DNA of 64,000 nucleotides from a virus (IMGVR_UViG_3300005758_000087:17683-81682); one strand, 5' to 3'; counted from the first letter of the stretch, positions 34,881 to 44,884 are shown. Translations and numbers: made by a program. Notes: generated by a model from the sequence alone, not told the origin.

Positions 34881-35603
34881 TTATTTACGTTCGGAACGTC
34901 CTACTCCGGCAACTGGTTCAGTTTCATCTGGTTCCTCTGGTAAATCAGGTAAATCAGAATCAGGTTCTTCTCCGCCCAAATCTTCCATATCTTCAGAATC
35001 GGATGCTTCTAGATCATCGTCTGAACCCATATCCATTTCAGGTTCAAACATACTGTCGCCCTGTCCAGTAATACTATTTAAAGAAGCCTGCAATGTTCCT
35101 TTACTTTGCGTAATAGCCGCCTGAAGTGAAGATAATGCTTCAGAAACCGAAGAGTTAAATTGCTCACCCTCTGTGGTTCCTACCTCACTGTTCACCCCGT
35201 CTACTACTGCAGGTAGCTCCTTGACTAGCATATCACTAACTTGTTCAACCATTTTTTGTAGGCTATCGACCATTTCTTGTGCAGCCAATATAACCTGAGA
35301 TTTTTCAACTTCTTCGTTTTCTAATACAATACGTGTATTATATAAAGGAAGAGATTTTAATTCTCCGTAGTGATGTTGTAATGCTTGTTCCATAAATACC
35401 AACTTCAAATATGCAGGATTTTGTTCGGTATTGATTCCATTACTGCTTTTGCGCATTTCGTTCATTAAGCCATTGACTTTTCTCATCATACGCTCGGTGT
35501 CATACAATGACATATTGTCTAAATTTATGCTAGTATCAAAGTGCTCTTTTAAAGCTTTTTTTGCTACTAAGCTTGGCTTAGCGTTAAATTCTGTAAGTTT
35601 CAT
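34881..35603 (-). CDS. Acidic coiled-coil protein, candidate prohead core/scaffold component
   Basis: MKLTEF start (moved to 35603); helical core, very acidic tail; late promoter at 35630-35637. Confidence 0.55.
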   Translation of the reverse strand: MKLTEFNAKPSLVAKKALKEHFDTSINLDNMSLYDTERMMRKVNGLMNEMRKSSNGINTEQNPAYLKLVFMEQALQHHYGELKSLPLYNTRIVLENEEVEKSQVILAAQEMVDSLQKMVEQVSDMLVKELPAVVDGVNSEVGTTEGEQFNSSVSEALSSLQAAITQSKGTLQASLNSITGQGDSMFEPEMDMGSDDDLEASDSEDMEDLGGEEPDSDLPDLPEEPDETEPVAGVGRSERK

Positions 35604-35647
35604 AATTTTTCCCAAAGTTACATATTATATATTTATCTTCATTCAAC

Positions 35648-36124
35648 TTATTTTGAGGCATTCGCAAAATGCTTATATTGCCATTTTTTCACTTCTTTTG
35701 CATAATTATTAAGTTGACCAATTATTTGTTTTTTTCTATTTTTGTCTTCTATTAATTTAACTTGATACAATCCCAAAGAGTCTATATTTTTTGTTTTCTT
35801 GATCAACGTAGAATGTAGATGAATACTTGCCTCTGTTCCCTCTAATAACTTGTCTAGAACTAATATTTGATTGCATTCTATAATCTTATTACGTTTATCC
35901 AATGTAGCGTACATTACTGCGTTTCGCAATGAATAAAACTCTTTATTCAAATGTGTGTCAAAGCATGTTAATGTATACTTTGACGAGCGGTTTGGTTGAA
36001 TCCTATATTTATTAAATAACACGTACCCGTTACCATCTTGAATTATTGATATTCCGGAAAGTCCACTAAGTTCTTCTTCAGTTAGTAAACTTTTCAAAAC
36101 AGTATACACATTTAAATCATCCAT
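35648..36124 (-). CDS. Hypothetical protein
   Basis: 158 aa ORF in the late operon. Confidence 0.7.
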   Translation of the reverse strand: MDDLNVYTVLKSLLTEEELSGLSGISIIQDGNGYVLFNKYRIQPNRSSKYTLTCFDTHLNKEFYSLRNAVMYATLDKRNKIIECNQILVLDKLLEGTEASIHLHSTLIKKTKNIDSLGLYQVKLIEDKNRKKQIIGQLNNYAKEVKKWQYKHFANASK

Positions 36125-36572
36125 TTTCTAATACCTCAAAATAGATATTTCTAAGTTCCGGAGTAGTATCTAAAAAATTAGGCAATTTTTCCCACTCAAA
36201 ACCCGTTATTAGCATAGGAACCTCATTGCAATCATCATACAGATGTCCTAACGGTTGAATGCCATCATCAAACACATTTTTATGACTTACTGTAAAGTCA
36301 AAAACCGCACATTTTTGATGATCTTCATTTTCGTATAAAAATCCAAATTTTTTAAATGTTTTAAAATCTATTGTGTCGGTGTTTACTGAAGATACATTTT
36401 CTGGTTGACTTCTTAATGAAATTATTTGTAAAATGGTATCTAAATTAATTTGGCGTTTTCTATTGTTGTTCCACTCGGTCAATCTTTCGGGATCTAAATC
36501 CGCAGGTGGCTTTCTGTTAGTAATTCCTGTATCTTTTACATCGAATAATGTATAGCAGCGAAATTGCGTCAT
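36117..36572 (-). CDS. Hypothetical protein
   Basis: 151 aa; perfect TATAAATA just upstream. Confidence 0.75.
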   Translation of the reverse strand: MTQFRCYTLFDVKDTGITNRKPPADLDPERLTEWNNNRKRQINLDTILQIISLRSQPENVSSVNTDTIDFKTFKKFGFLYENEDHQKCAVFDFTVSHKNVFDDGIQPLGHLYDDCNEVPMLITGFEWEKLPNFLDTTPELRNIYFEVLENG

Positions 36573-36577
36573 ACAGT

Positions 36578-36585
36578 TATTTATA
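36578..36585 (-). promoter_or_regulatory. Late promoter TATAAATA (exact T4 consensus)
   Basis: Exact match 5 nt before ATG. Confidence 0.7.
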
Positions 36586-36590
36586 ATGGT

Positions 36591-36620
36591 AAAAAAGCCC
36601 GAAAAATTCTCGGGCTTTTT
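36591..36620. terminator. Rho-independent terminator (bidirectional)
   Basis: A6-GCCCGA-loop-TCGGGC-T5. Confidence 0.85.
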
Positions 36621-36638
36621 GTTTATACGAAACTAATA

Positions 36639-37028
36639 TTAGTTAGTAAATGTTGCGCTAGCTACGATAGATACTGCTTCGCCTACTGCTGTAGTTAATG
36701 CAGCGTCTAGTGATCCGGCGCCAGTTGCAGTTACGTCACCCCATGCACCTGTTGGGTAGAATGCAACTGCTAGTGTATCGTCGGTAGCAGTTGTGAATTC
36801 GTACATGTAAACGGTTGCTAATTGTTGAATTGTGTCAATAGCAGCTTTGACTTGCGCACCAGTTGTGCTTGAACCAGTGAAAGTGATGGTTGCAAAGTCT
36901 AATTTTGGACCCATTGCGTTAACTACAACACCGCTTGTAACTGCATTAACTGCACCGGTGGTGTATGAGCTAGCGTCTACGTTCATTACTGGCTGAAAAT
37001 CGCCATGTACTCTTGTTACTTGTGCCAT
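36639..37028 (-). CDS. Small abundant virion protein (capsid decoration candidate)
   Basis: 129 aa A/T/V/G-rich; monocistronic with late promoter (37074-37080), leader hairpin GAACC/GGTTC, SD and terminator. Confidence 0.6.
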   Translation of the reverse strand: MAQVTRVHGDFQPVMNVDASSYTTGAVNAVTSGVVVNAMGPKLDFATITFTGSSTTGAQVKAAIDTIQQLATVYMYEFTTATDDTLAVAFYPTGAWGDVTATGAGSLDAALTTAVGEAVSIVASATFTN

Positions 37029-37108
37029 TTTATTTTCCTCTTAAAGTTTATTGAACCCTATAGGTTCTATTTTTATTTAGTCCAAAACTAAAAAAGTTTG
37101 GGTTTTGG

Positions 37109-38254
37109 TTAGGTTCTAGAAGCTAAATTTTGTCTACTGAACCCCAGTCTATCCACAAACTTGAATCCATAACTTACGAATCCTTCCTGAGTTTGCTGAC
37201 CTGTTTGTAGATAACCTTTTACTGGACTACTCGCTGCCGCTTTATCTAATTGCGTTACAATATTCATTTTTAGTTTATACATTTCAGACCAAATTAAAAA
37301 TGCACCAGCTAAACCTTCTTTATTCTCTGATAAATGGTACATTATTTTTTCTCTTACTGCATCAGACATAGGTCTAGATTGTATAAATTCAAGAAAATCT
37401 TTTACTAAATTAGATAAGTTGCCTGAAACCACTTTTCTGTTTATATAAACTGTAAATAAGTTGCTGTTAAACACACTTTTGGTTCCTGCAGGACCGATCA
37501 ATAATTGATCTACGGCAGATCCATATGCAGAAATTGCGTTCTCGCAATTTCTTAACATTTTTTCGTTTAACTTTAATTTTGGTGGGTTGGGCATAGCACT
37601 GGGAACTATAGCAACATTGCTATTATTTTTTAAATTTCCTATGCTGCCGTTCAAACTTGAAGCGTCATCTGTGCTTTGCGCGGTGACTGGTAAATACTGA
37701 TGTACTGCTATTCCAGCTACCTTATTAGTTAATAATTTACCTATTTCGCTATTTGTATCTACCGTATATGTAATTCCATTGGGATTAGCTCTGAATGTAT
37801 AAAGACCATTATTTTCTTTTAATGGCTCACTGAACAGTAAATCACCCCAATAATATCCTAAACCCTGATCTTGCTTACTTAAGCCCGGCCAAATTTTTTC
37901 TAAAATTTGGTGCAATTGACTCCTGTCTACACCACGCTGAATATCATACTGTTTAAACATTGCTGGACTATAGATATTTCTGGCTGCACCGTCTTTTTTA
38001 TTGAACATGTGTTTATCCATAATAGCAAATTTACCATTGCTTCCCCTACCAAAAATCAAAGCAGGGTAACCGTCCCATTTAATGGTTACTAAATTTGGAT
38101 TTTTAACAGTGCTTGATATTGCATTTAAGGCGGTTTTTGCATAGGAACTTCCACCAATAAAAATAGCGTCTTCTGGATGGTCTAAGTGCCCTTTAGCTTC
38201 AGTGATAATATTGGTTATTTTATCCTGAAGTTCACGATATTCGAAAGAACTCAT
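37109..38254 (-). CDS. KxDG nucleotidyltransferase/ligase-fold protein (DUF6267-like)
   Basis: HLDHPED..VTIKWDGYPALIFG..KHMFNK; C-terminal EGFV..KFVDR..FS..N. Confidence 0.6.
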   Translation of the reverse strand: MSSFEYRELQDKITNIITEAKGHLDHPEDAIFIGGSSYAKTALNAISSTVKNPNLVTIKWDGYPALIFGRGSNGKFAIMDKHMFNKKDGAARNIYSPAMFKQYDIQRGVDRSQLHQILEKIWPGLSKQDQGLGYYWGDLLFSEPLKENNGLYTFRANPNGITYTVDTNSEIGKLLTNKVAGIAVHQYLPVTAQSTDDASSLNGSIGNLKNNSNVAIVPSAMPNPPKLKLNEKMLRNCENAISAYGSAVDQLLIGPAGTKSVFNSNLFTVYINRKVVSGNLSNLVKDFLEFIQSRPMSDAVREKIMYHLSENKEGLAGAFLIWSEMYKLKMNIVTQLDKAAASSPVKGYLQTGQQTQEGFVSYGFKFVDRLGFSRQNLASRT

Positions 38255-38892
38255 TTTTTGTATTTTTTGGATTCAGTATAACCACGTACTATGTTTGAAT
38301 TGTCATCTTGATCTACTCCAGTGGTTATTTCTTTATATAACTTTGTATAGGCTGCGGGGTTTTGTTTGTACAGCATAGCCATAGCTACTTTAGCTATCGT
38401 TTCTAAATCATCTAAATTGGCGGCACCTGACATTTGCTGTATAGAAGTCACTAATTGATTAGTTTTAGTAGAGAGAGCGGGTGCTGAATTACTCGCCGGC
38501 TGATTATTTAATGTAGGTTCTATTCTCTGCTGTTTTCTGGTCGCTTCCTTTTTTTCGCCCATTGTTAGTAAAAATTCGGCTAAAGAAACTACCTTTTCAT
38601 TTGACGGGGTCGATCCAAATGCATTTAATAACGTACCTAATTGTTGCAATTCTTCTCTGTCAGGCTGCCATCTGTAATCTCTTAAAAACTGTGCTACTGT
38701 GGATTTCGCTGCATCTAGTTGATTATCATAGTTTGATTTTTCTGATTTAAATTTTTCTTTAAACTTTTTGATAAATTTTTCTCGGAAAAGAATATTCAAT
38801 GCTTCTTTTTCACCCGTGCCGGTCATCTTATACTGAAGCTTTTTAGCCCAATTTTTTATTGCAGATTCATTTACGATTTCGTCAAGCTTCAT
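38251..38892 (-). CDS. Hypothetical protein (MKLDEIVNES N-terminus)
   Basis: 213 aa; capsid-targeting-like N-terminus. Confidence 0.7.
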   Translation of the reverse strand: MKLDEIVNESAIKNWAKKLQYKMTGTGEKEALNILFREKFIKKFKEKFKSEKSNYDNQLDAAKSTVAQFLRDYRWQPDREELQQLGTLLNAFGSTPSNEKVVSLAEFLLTMGEKKEATRKQQRIEPTLNNQPASNSAPALSTKTNQLVTSIQQMSGAANLDDLETIAKVAMAMLYKQNPAAYTKLYKEITTGVDQDDNSNIVRGYTESKKYKK

Positions 38893-39127
38893 CGTTTTTC
38901 CTTAAACTCTTGCTAAATCTACCCTGATCTTTGGCTTTTATGGCATTAAGTAATTTTTTTTCTAAAATAGCCGCTTTTTCAGCATCATAATGCTTATTGA
39001 TCATTTCTATTAAATTTATGGCGCTTGTTATAATATTATGAGCCCTACTTTCAATGAGGTGTTTGGCGTCACGGTTCTGCCCAAGAGCTTCTAATTCTTC
39101 TAATAAACTACGGGTTTTTCGTTGCAT
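38882..39127 (-). CDS. Hypothetical helical protein
   Basis: 81 aa; late promoter GATAAATA at 39146-39153. Confidence 0.7.
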   Translation of the reverse strand: MQRKTRSLLEELEALGQNRDAKHLIESRAHNIITSAINLIEMINKHYDAEKAAILEKKLLNAIKAKDQGRFSKSLRKNDEA

Positions 39128-39151
39128 GATGATAGATCCTATTAGTATTTA

Positions 39152-40561
39152 TCACTTAGATAGATTATTAAGCAACGCTTTGAGCTTTGCAGACCCCACA
39201 TCCGCTACTACTCGTGTAGTAGGAACATTTATCTCATCTTGTACCTTTTCGTTTGTAGTAACCTTAGCTACAGGTTTTAACTTACTTAGTATGTCATTTC
39301 CGCTAGGTTGTGGCTTTTGATAATTGGTACTTTCTTCGGGGTTAGGGTCAGTTATTCGAAGCGTTTCTACATCGAAAGCTAATTCAATTTTCTGACCAAC
39401 TCCTGAACTGCTTCGAGTTTTCATTAACTGCAATTGATATTGTCCCCGTTCTCTCATACTGCGACTTGTGAAAATACCGAACACATTATCGGCAGTATTA
39501 ATTTTAGAAATACCCCCCGAAATATGACTATGATCAAATTCAATTTCTTCTACTGCACTTCGATTAAGTTGAGAAGCGGTCACAAATAATACATTAAGTT
39601 CTTTAGCCAAATTACGCAATTCTTCGGACACATACTTGTCTTTCACGAACAAATCACTAGGACTAACTTTTGCGGATACGGGCATCAGCAAATCCAAATA
39701 GTCTACACACAGGAAATCAACCTTCATACCAGTTTGAATTTCCAGTTCTTTGCAATATGCTCGTAGGTCGTTGACTGTGCTCTGAGCCGGCATATATTTA
39801 ATCCGCAACTTTCCGGATTTTTTAGACATCATTTTGACCTTCATTTCAACATCGTCAATTGATTTAAATATGTCTCTGCTACTTGTGTCAGTCATCATAC
39901 TGTCTATACGCATAGAGCATAGTCCTTCACTAAGTTCCAGTGTTACGTAAACACCGTTTAATCCTGCCTGTACCCAATTAACTGCAAGATTTTGCATAAA
40001 CAAGCTTTTACCTGATCCTGACCCGCCTGCAAAAATTTGTAGTTCACCGCGATTAAACCCACCATATAACTTACTATCCATGCATGGCCAACCCGTACTA
40101 TTTTGACCATTGTTTGACTTTAAGTTCATTAGACGGGCTTTTGGGTCTAAGAAGTAATCGGTTCCCATATCTTTTTGCAAACTGATTTGAACCGCATCTT
40201 TGATTAATTTTTCAACCGGGTCGTAATTGCCTTTTTCTAGATAATCAGCAGCCTTTAATATAGCCCGTTCCAGTTCTTGCCGCCTTGTGAATTTCTCAAA
40301 TTCATCCAAAAACCATTCATAGTGCCCGTCGGTCAATTCTTCAATCGGTTCAATTTCTACACCAGTGACTGCTTTGATTTGATTGGTATCGGGCAAAACA
40401 TTATATTTTTCTGTATGTTCTTTGAACAAATCCGCAACTTCTCTTAATGACTTATCAAAATTCAACGGATTAATTATGTTGGTTACTCTTGTGTATAGCT
40501 CAGAATTTGTGAGCATCATACGCAAAAATAATTTTTGTATGTCTAGATTATACTCTACCAA
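39152..40561 (-). CDS. gp41: Replicative DnaB-like helicase
   Basis: GGSGSGKS Walker A; VTLEL; LCVDYLDL; TASQLNR; ISKINTAD. Confidence 0.95.
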   Translation of the reverse strand: MVEYNLDIQKLFLRMMLTNSELYTRVTNIINPLNFDKSLREVADLFKEHTEKYNVLPDTNQIKAVTGVEIEPIEELTDGHYEWFLDEFEKFTRRQELERAILKAADYLEKGNYDPVEKLIKDAVQISLQKDMGTDYFLDPKARLMNLKSNNGQNSTGWPCMDSKLYGGFNRGELQIFAGGSGSGKSLFMQNLAVNWVQAGLNGVYVTLELSEGLCSMRIDSMMTDTSSRDIFKSIDDVEMKVKMMSKKSGKLRIKYMPAQSTVNDLRAYCKELEIQTGMKVDFLCVDYLDLLMPVSAKVSPSDLFVKDKYVSEELRNLAKELNVLFVTASQLNRSAVEEIEFDHSHISGGISKINTADNVFGIFTSRSMRERGQYQLQLMKTRSSSGVGQKIELAFDVETLRITDPNPEESTNYQKPQPSGNDILSKLKPVAKVTTNEKVQDEINVPTTRVVADVGSAKLKALLNNLSK

Positions 40562-41516
40562 TCTTTTTCTTCCTCATTTCTAATTTTATTTTACTTGTAG
40601 TGGCGTTTTCTAATATACTTAACAATGTAGCCAATTTACCGTATTTTATTACAGCGTCGTTCACATCTTTAACATCTTCGTCCCAGTTGGGTAAACTAAC
40701 ATGATAGCCTAATTGCAATGCTTTGTCGATTACCTTTAATCCAGTTTTATCTCTGTCTGGAACCAAAATGATTTTTTTATTTAATTGAGATAACAATACC
40801 GCTTGGTCATTGCTTATATCGTCGTGCATCAAAGCTACACCATCTATACTTAATGCATCAAAAATTCCCTCAGTTACAATACATACTTGCCAATTTTCTT
40901 GTTGCCTGTCGATGTTGAATACATATCCGGGCTGTTGATCATTAATAAATTTAGGTAATTTTCCGTCTATAAATCTAGTGGTATGACCTACTATATTATT
41001 ATTATAAGTGTACGGAATAATTATGCCATGTTTGGTTCTACTATCTGCGTTAGGATTCACATAAAATGTATATTTTTCTATATCAATTTTTCTTCTACGT
41101 AGATAATCTACATACACTGAGTGATCCTCATTAGTAGAGTCCAACACCTCACAGTCAGGTAATTTTTTATTCTTAAATTTTACGGTGTGTGTTTTTTTCT
41201 TTTCTAAGAGAACGTCTAATAGGTCCCGATGTTTTAAACTTTCTAGGCTCCACCGTTGCACTTGGTCTGAATCTACCCCTAACCATTGCAAAAATTGTTT
41301 AGTTTTGTTTGAAATGGTTTTACCTAAGGTAAAACTACATGAGTACCCGCAATTAAAACAGTGCATTACCCAGTCATTTCCCGAAATTTTTAAGCCGCCT
41401 CGAAAACGTGTGTCCGGTCGATGCCCTCGATGGCTGCAACAAATAGCGTTAAAGCTGATCCAACCGCTATTTGTTGCCCTTTTTTTACCGGAGATTAGTG
41501 ATAGGATATCAAACAT
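40548..41516 (-). CDS. gp61: DNA primase
   Basis: Zn-binding C..C..HCFNC; TOPRIM TEGIFDA, PDRD, VKDVND. Confidence 0.93.
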   Translation of the reverse strand: MFDILSLISGKKRATNSGWISFNAICCSHRGHRPDTRFRGGLKISGNDWVMHCFNCGYSCSFTLGKTISNKTKQFLQWLGVDSDQVQRWSLESLKHRDLLDVLLEKKKTHTVKFKNKKLPDCEVLDSTNEDHSVYVDYLRRRKIDIEKYTFYVNPNADSRTKHGIIIPYTYNNNIVGHTTRFIDGKLPKFINDQQPGYVFNIDRQQENWQVCIVTEGIFDALSIDGVALMHDDISNDQAVLLSQLNKKIILVPDRDKTGLKVIDKALQLGYHVSLPNWDEDVKDVNDAVIKYGKLATLLSILENATTSKIKLEMRKKKIGRV

Positions 41517-41554
41517 ACTTAGTATTTTAACATACTATGTATCTGATAACAATA

Positions 41555-42301
41555 TTATCTGGCTAAAATTTTAGTAATATTGCCCTGAGTACTTACAAAC
41601 TTTAATCTAATATAGGGGTGGTATCCATTTATCACGTATCCGTCTGTATCCGTACTATTCAAGTAAGAGTGCGGGGACTCAATGTCATACCAATCACTGT
41701 CTGGAACAGTCGATCCCTGAATTTGTATGTTTCCGGAGTAATTATCCATATATGGTTGAATAGTTATTATCGGATTATCATTGGTGTATACTACACTACT
41801 GTAGTATGTTTCAGTACTGGCATTAGGAGTAGGATGACTGGGTATAGTAACCTCGGTCGCCGGAACAAAACTAGGAAGTATGCTGTCTACAACTTCAATA
41901 ACTCCTCGGGAACTAGCATCGCTACCAACAAAAACCGGAAGGTCAAGCCCCGAACTAGATATTTCTAAACTATAATAACAAAGTTGGGTATCTATGTTTT
42001 CTATCTCACTGCTGGTCACTAGTAGTTCAGCCAGTCCATTTAATGCTAATGTAGGGGTAAGTGACTTTCTTAAAAGAATTTCAGTTCCGTTGTTATTGAG
42101 CAACCTAAAACCTATTTCAATTTGACTTATATTTACTGGTTTTTGTTCTTGATTTAGGAACTGAAACTGTAATTTATTGTCAACGCCCTTGTTCAATTTT
42201 AAATTTTTTGCATACACTAGTTGGTACCTCCGTGGTGAGTTTCCGTCGAAAAAGACAACAATTTGTCTAGGTGTAAATATATAAACACTGGTCGAATACA
42301 C
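41555..42301 (-). CDS. Hypothetical late (likely virion) protein, BppU-N-like
   Basis: GTG start, SD GGAG, TATAAATA at 42319-42326; KGVDNKLQFQFLNQEQKPVNI. Confidence 0.6.
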   Translation of the reverse strand: MYSTSVYIFTPRQIVVFFDGNSPRRYQLVYAKNLKLNKGVDNKLQFQFLNQEQKPVNISQIEIGFRLLNNNGTEILLRKSLTPTLALNGLAELLVTSSEIENIDTQLCYYSLEISSSGLDLPVFVGSDASSRGVIEVVDSILPSFVPATEVTIPSHPTPNASTETYYSSVVYTNDNPIITIQPYMDNYSGNIQIQGSTVPDSDWYDIESPHSYLNSTDTDGYVINGYHPYIRLKFVSTQGNITKILAR

Positions 42302-42350
42302 AGTAAACTCCTTTATACTATTTATAAAAATGTATTGGGTAACCTAGTTT

Positions 42351-42367
42351 GATAAATACCCTAAATA
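42351..42367 (+). promoter_or_regulatory. Tandem late promoter motifs GATAAATA and CTAAATA
   Basis: Upstream of ATG 42375, back-to-back with TATAAATA on the minus strand. Confidence 0.55.
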
Positions 42368-42374
42368 AATCGCA

Positions 42375-42755
42375 ATGATACATAACGAATTTTTTAAAAA
42401 ACTAAGCGAAAATCATCCGTTCATAACTGTGTGCTCCTACGCCGGGCAAGATTACGTAGGCATAGTACAAAATCGTGATGATGTGGTAACCACAATATAC
42501 GATTACGGGGCTATAATTCACCAAGAATTAAGAGAAAAATTTTTAGAATTAGGCGACGTATGGTGGTGGGAAAGTAATAGACTAGTACCTATAAATATGT
42601 TTTTAAAAGACGAGTGGGACATATTTAAACCCTATATAAGAACATTCAATAACAAAAGCTTAACTATTCTTCATGGCCCAATTTGCAGTATGCTAGAATT
42701 AAGTAAAAGAAAATCAAAAAGAAAATCAATTACCCTCGTTAAAAGAATGATCTAG
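42375..42755 (+). CDS. Hypothetical protein
   Basis: 126 aa; HPFIT..Y.G.DYVGIVQN..WWWESNR..PIN.FL. Confidence 0.8.
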   Translation: MIHNEFFKKLSENHPFITVCSYAGQDYVGIVQNRDDVVTTIYDYGAIIHQELREKFLELGDVWWWESNRLVPINMFLKDEWDIFKPYIRTFNNKSLTILHGPICSMLELSKRKSKRKSITLVKRMI

Positions 42756-43319
42756 TTCCTCCAACAAATTCATGTGTACTACTACCAAATGAGCATAACT
42801 GATGGAATGTGACTTTTTAAAAGTATATCCATCTTCTGATTTATTCCATACTGTTTCGGCAACTTCTTTCCAAGTCTTTCCTATTAAATGCTTTTTTCCG
42901 GGTCTTATGCAAGCCAAAAACATTGCTAATCTGGGTATGCTATCGATAGGTTCCGGCATTTTTAAAATGTTATGATATTGATTTCCCAAATGTATTAGTT
43001 TTTCTACGAAACTTCTTTCTTTCAACCTAGCCCAGTTAGGATCCTTCATTAAAGAAATTAAATGCTCCTCGTTTTTAATTTTATCGTAGACATGAACATT
43101 TAAAAAATCTAATTTTATATACCCGCGTTGCTCCGCTTCTGTATAGTCGATATTAGCCATGTCATTTATGGCATCGTATGGGATTTCAGTGACATGTATT
43201 CCGGTTGCATGTTTTCTAATCGGAGTTACATTTCGCATAGCTGCAGGAATATATTTTATATGCTCTAAAATTTTACTCCTATCAGAAAAATCGATATCTA
43301 TGTCACTGTTAAATTTCAT
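42726..43319 (-). CDS. dnaE: Miniature DNA polymerase III alpha (DnaE) catalytic fragment
   Basis: DIDIDF, RKHATG, GYIKLDFL, LA.IRPG and GYTFKKSHSISYA in order within 197 aa. Confidence 0.85.
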   Translation of the reverse strand: MKFNSDIDIDFSDRSKILEHIKYIPAAMRNVTPIRKHATGIHVTEIPYDAINDMANIDYTEAEQRGYIKLDFLNVHVYDKIKNEEHLISLMKDPNWARLKERSFVEKLIHLGNQYHNILKMPEPIDSIPRLAMFLACIRPGKKHLIGKTWKEVAETVWNKSEDGYTFKKSHSISYAHLVVVHMNLLEELDHSFNEGN

Positions 43320-43333
43320 GATTATATATTTGG

Positions 43334-43891
43334 TTAAGGTAATAGTCGAGCAGCAACTAGTTTTTTATATGCTGCCTGTACCACAATAGCTTGTCTTTCT
43401 GCATCTTCTACTGCTTTATGTGTAGTCACGTGTCCGCCGTCTTTAAGTTTAACCTTAGTCATTTCAAATAACGTTCTTGTATCTCGAACAGTGTAGAATG
43501 GCCATGGGATAGGATTGGGTTTATCAGTCAATGTTTGTCTCATGGCAGTCTCCATAACTACTACATCAAATGGTGCTCCGTGGCTCCAAACTGCTCGTCT
43601 GTTCCAGCAAAATTTATAGAGTGTTTCCATACAGTCTTTTAGTGACTGTCTGTTCTCTTCTGAGAAAGCTTCTTCTAACGCAGCCGGATTTTGTGTTGAC
43701 CACCATCTGATAGTATCCTCATTAATCACTCTATTATAGATTTCAGTTTGATCCTCAATTGTGGGTCGTAATTCTAATTTTTCAACTATACCGTCGCCGT
43801 ATGGATCAAACCTCACTGCACCTATTGTAAGAATTACACAATATGGACTAGTGTCCAATGTTTCTAAATCTATCATTATGTCGTTAGCCAT
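43334..43891 (-). CDS. DEDDh 3'-5' exonuclease
   Basis: IMIDLETL; WSHGAPFDV; RDTRT; H.AVEDA. Confidence 0.92.
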   Translation of the reverse strand: MANDIMIDLETLDTSPYCVILTIGAVRFDPYGDGIVEKLELRPTIEDQTEIYNRVINEDTIRWWSTQNPAALEEAFSEENRQSLKDCMETLYKFCWNRRAVWSHGAPFDVVVMETAMRQTLTDKPNPIPWPFYTVRDTRTLFEMTKVKLKDGGHVTTHKAVEDAERQAIVVQAAYKKLVAARLLP

Positions 43892-43892
43892 A

Positions 43893-44159
43893 TTATTGTG
43901 TTAAAATATCAATCAATTCTTTCTTTCGTTCTTCTTGCCATATATGGAATGTCTGATCGTTGTCGCATTCTCTGATATAGCGCATTACATTTTTATACCC
44001 AGCTGCATTTATGGCTTCCCCCAAATACCAAACTAGTACGGGTACACCATAATTATAAACAACGAATGACATAGGATCGGTCGGGTGCTGATTCCAGCAA
44101 AATTCAAGAAATTTTGCCTCTTCTAATATAGGAATTTTTTCTAAATATGTTTTGCTCAT
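43893..44159 (-). CDS. Hypothetical protein
   Basis: Start moved to 44159 (ATGA overlap). Confidence 0.65.
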   Translation of the reverse strand: MSKTYLEKIPILEEAKFLEFCWNQHPTDPMSFVVYNYGVPVLVWYLGEAINAAGYKNVMRYIRECDNDQTFHIWQEERKKELIDILTQ

Positions 44160-44440
44160 ATCATCCACATTTCATACATTGTTTTCAATCGATCTTCCCA
44201 TACCTCTATTATAACACAGCCGCCGGCAAAATAGAAGTCCCAACCCACTGATCTTTCGCCGAAGTTTTTTCTTAACCATTTTACAATTTTTGTGGGGTCT
44301 TCTTTTCTATGTTTACAATCGTAAGTGTATACAGTTTTATTACCAGAATGCCATTTGTTGTCTCTAGATTCAGGTGAATGTTTTACATTAGATATTGGAA
44401 CTAGTAGCCCTGCGTTTAGTCCGGTGTTTAGTTTAGCCAT
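44156..44440 (-). CDS. Small aromatic alpha/beta domain family, member 1
   Basis: KWLRKNFG..W.F..IEVWED..YEMW. Confidence 0.75.
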   Translation of the reverse strand: MAKLNTGLNAGLLVPISNVKHSPESRDNKWHSGNKTVYTYDCKHRKEDPTKIVKWLRKNFGERSVGWDFYFAGGCVIIEVWEDRLKTMYEMWMI

Positions 44441-44447
44441 AATTATT

Positions 44448-44672
44448 TTATTTAAATTTTATTGCAAACCATGTAGCTATTTCTTCTTTGTAGAAGGAAA
44501 AGACCACATAACGATCTTGTTTTGGTTCTTGGTCATATGAATAACTATCAAATATGGGAGGGTGGTATTCAAACGCAAAGTCAATTCCTTGAGCATATCC
44601 CAAATCTCTGATAATTCTTACTACATCCATGGCCTTCGCCGGCGACCACCCATCGCATATTACTTTCGTCAT
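44448..44672 (-). CDS. Small aromatic alpha/beta domain family, member 2
   Basis: VFSFYKEEIATWFAIKF. Confidence 0.75.
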   Translation of the reverse strand: MTKVICDGWSPAKAMDVVRIIRDLGYAQGIDFAFEYHPPIFDSYSYDQEPKQDRYVVFSFYKEEIATWFAIKFK

Positions 44673-44884
44673 AAATGTTTAAGCATAAAAAAAGTTGCCA
44701 GTTCCTCATCTTGAATAAAAAGTTGCCAAGTAACTCCTTTTAATTCAGTATCATATATCTTTTTTACTACCCAGCCCTCGCCACCTATAGCATTGTGAAA
44801 ATAAAACATTCTAGGACCAATATGTTTTAACAACCAATCTTCTTGCTCAGGAGTTAAAGTTTTCTTAAGATTAATTACAGCCAT
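44669..44884 (-). CDS. Small aromatic alpha/beta domain family, member 3
   Basis: DWLLKHIG..LFIQDEELATFFMLKH. Confidence 0.75.
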   Translation of the reverse strand: MAVINLKKTLTPEQEDWLLKHIGPRMFYFHNAIGGEGWVVKKIYDTELKGVTWQLFIQDEELATFFMLKHL

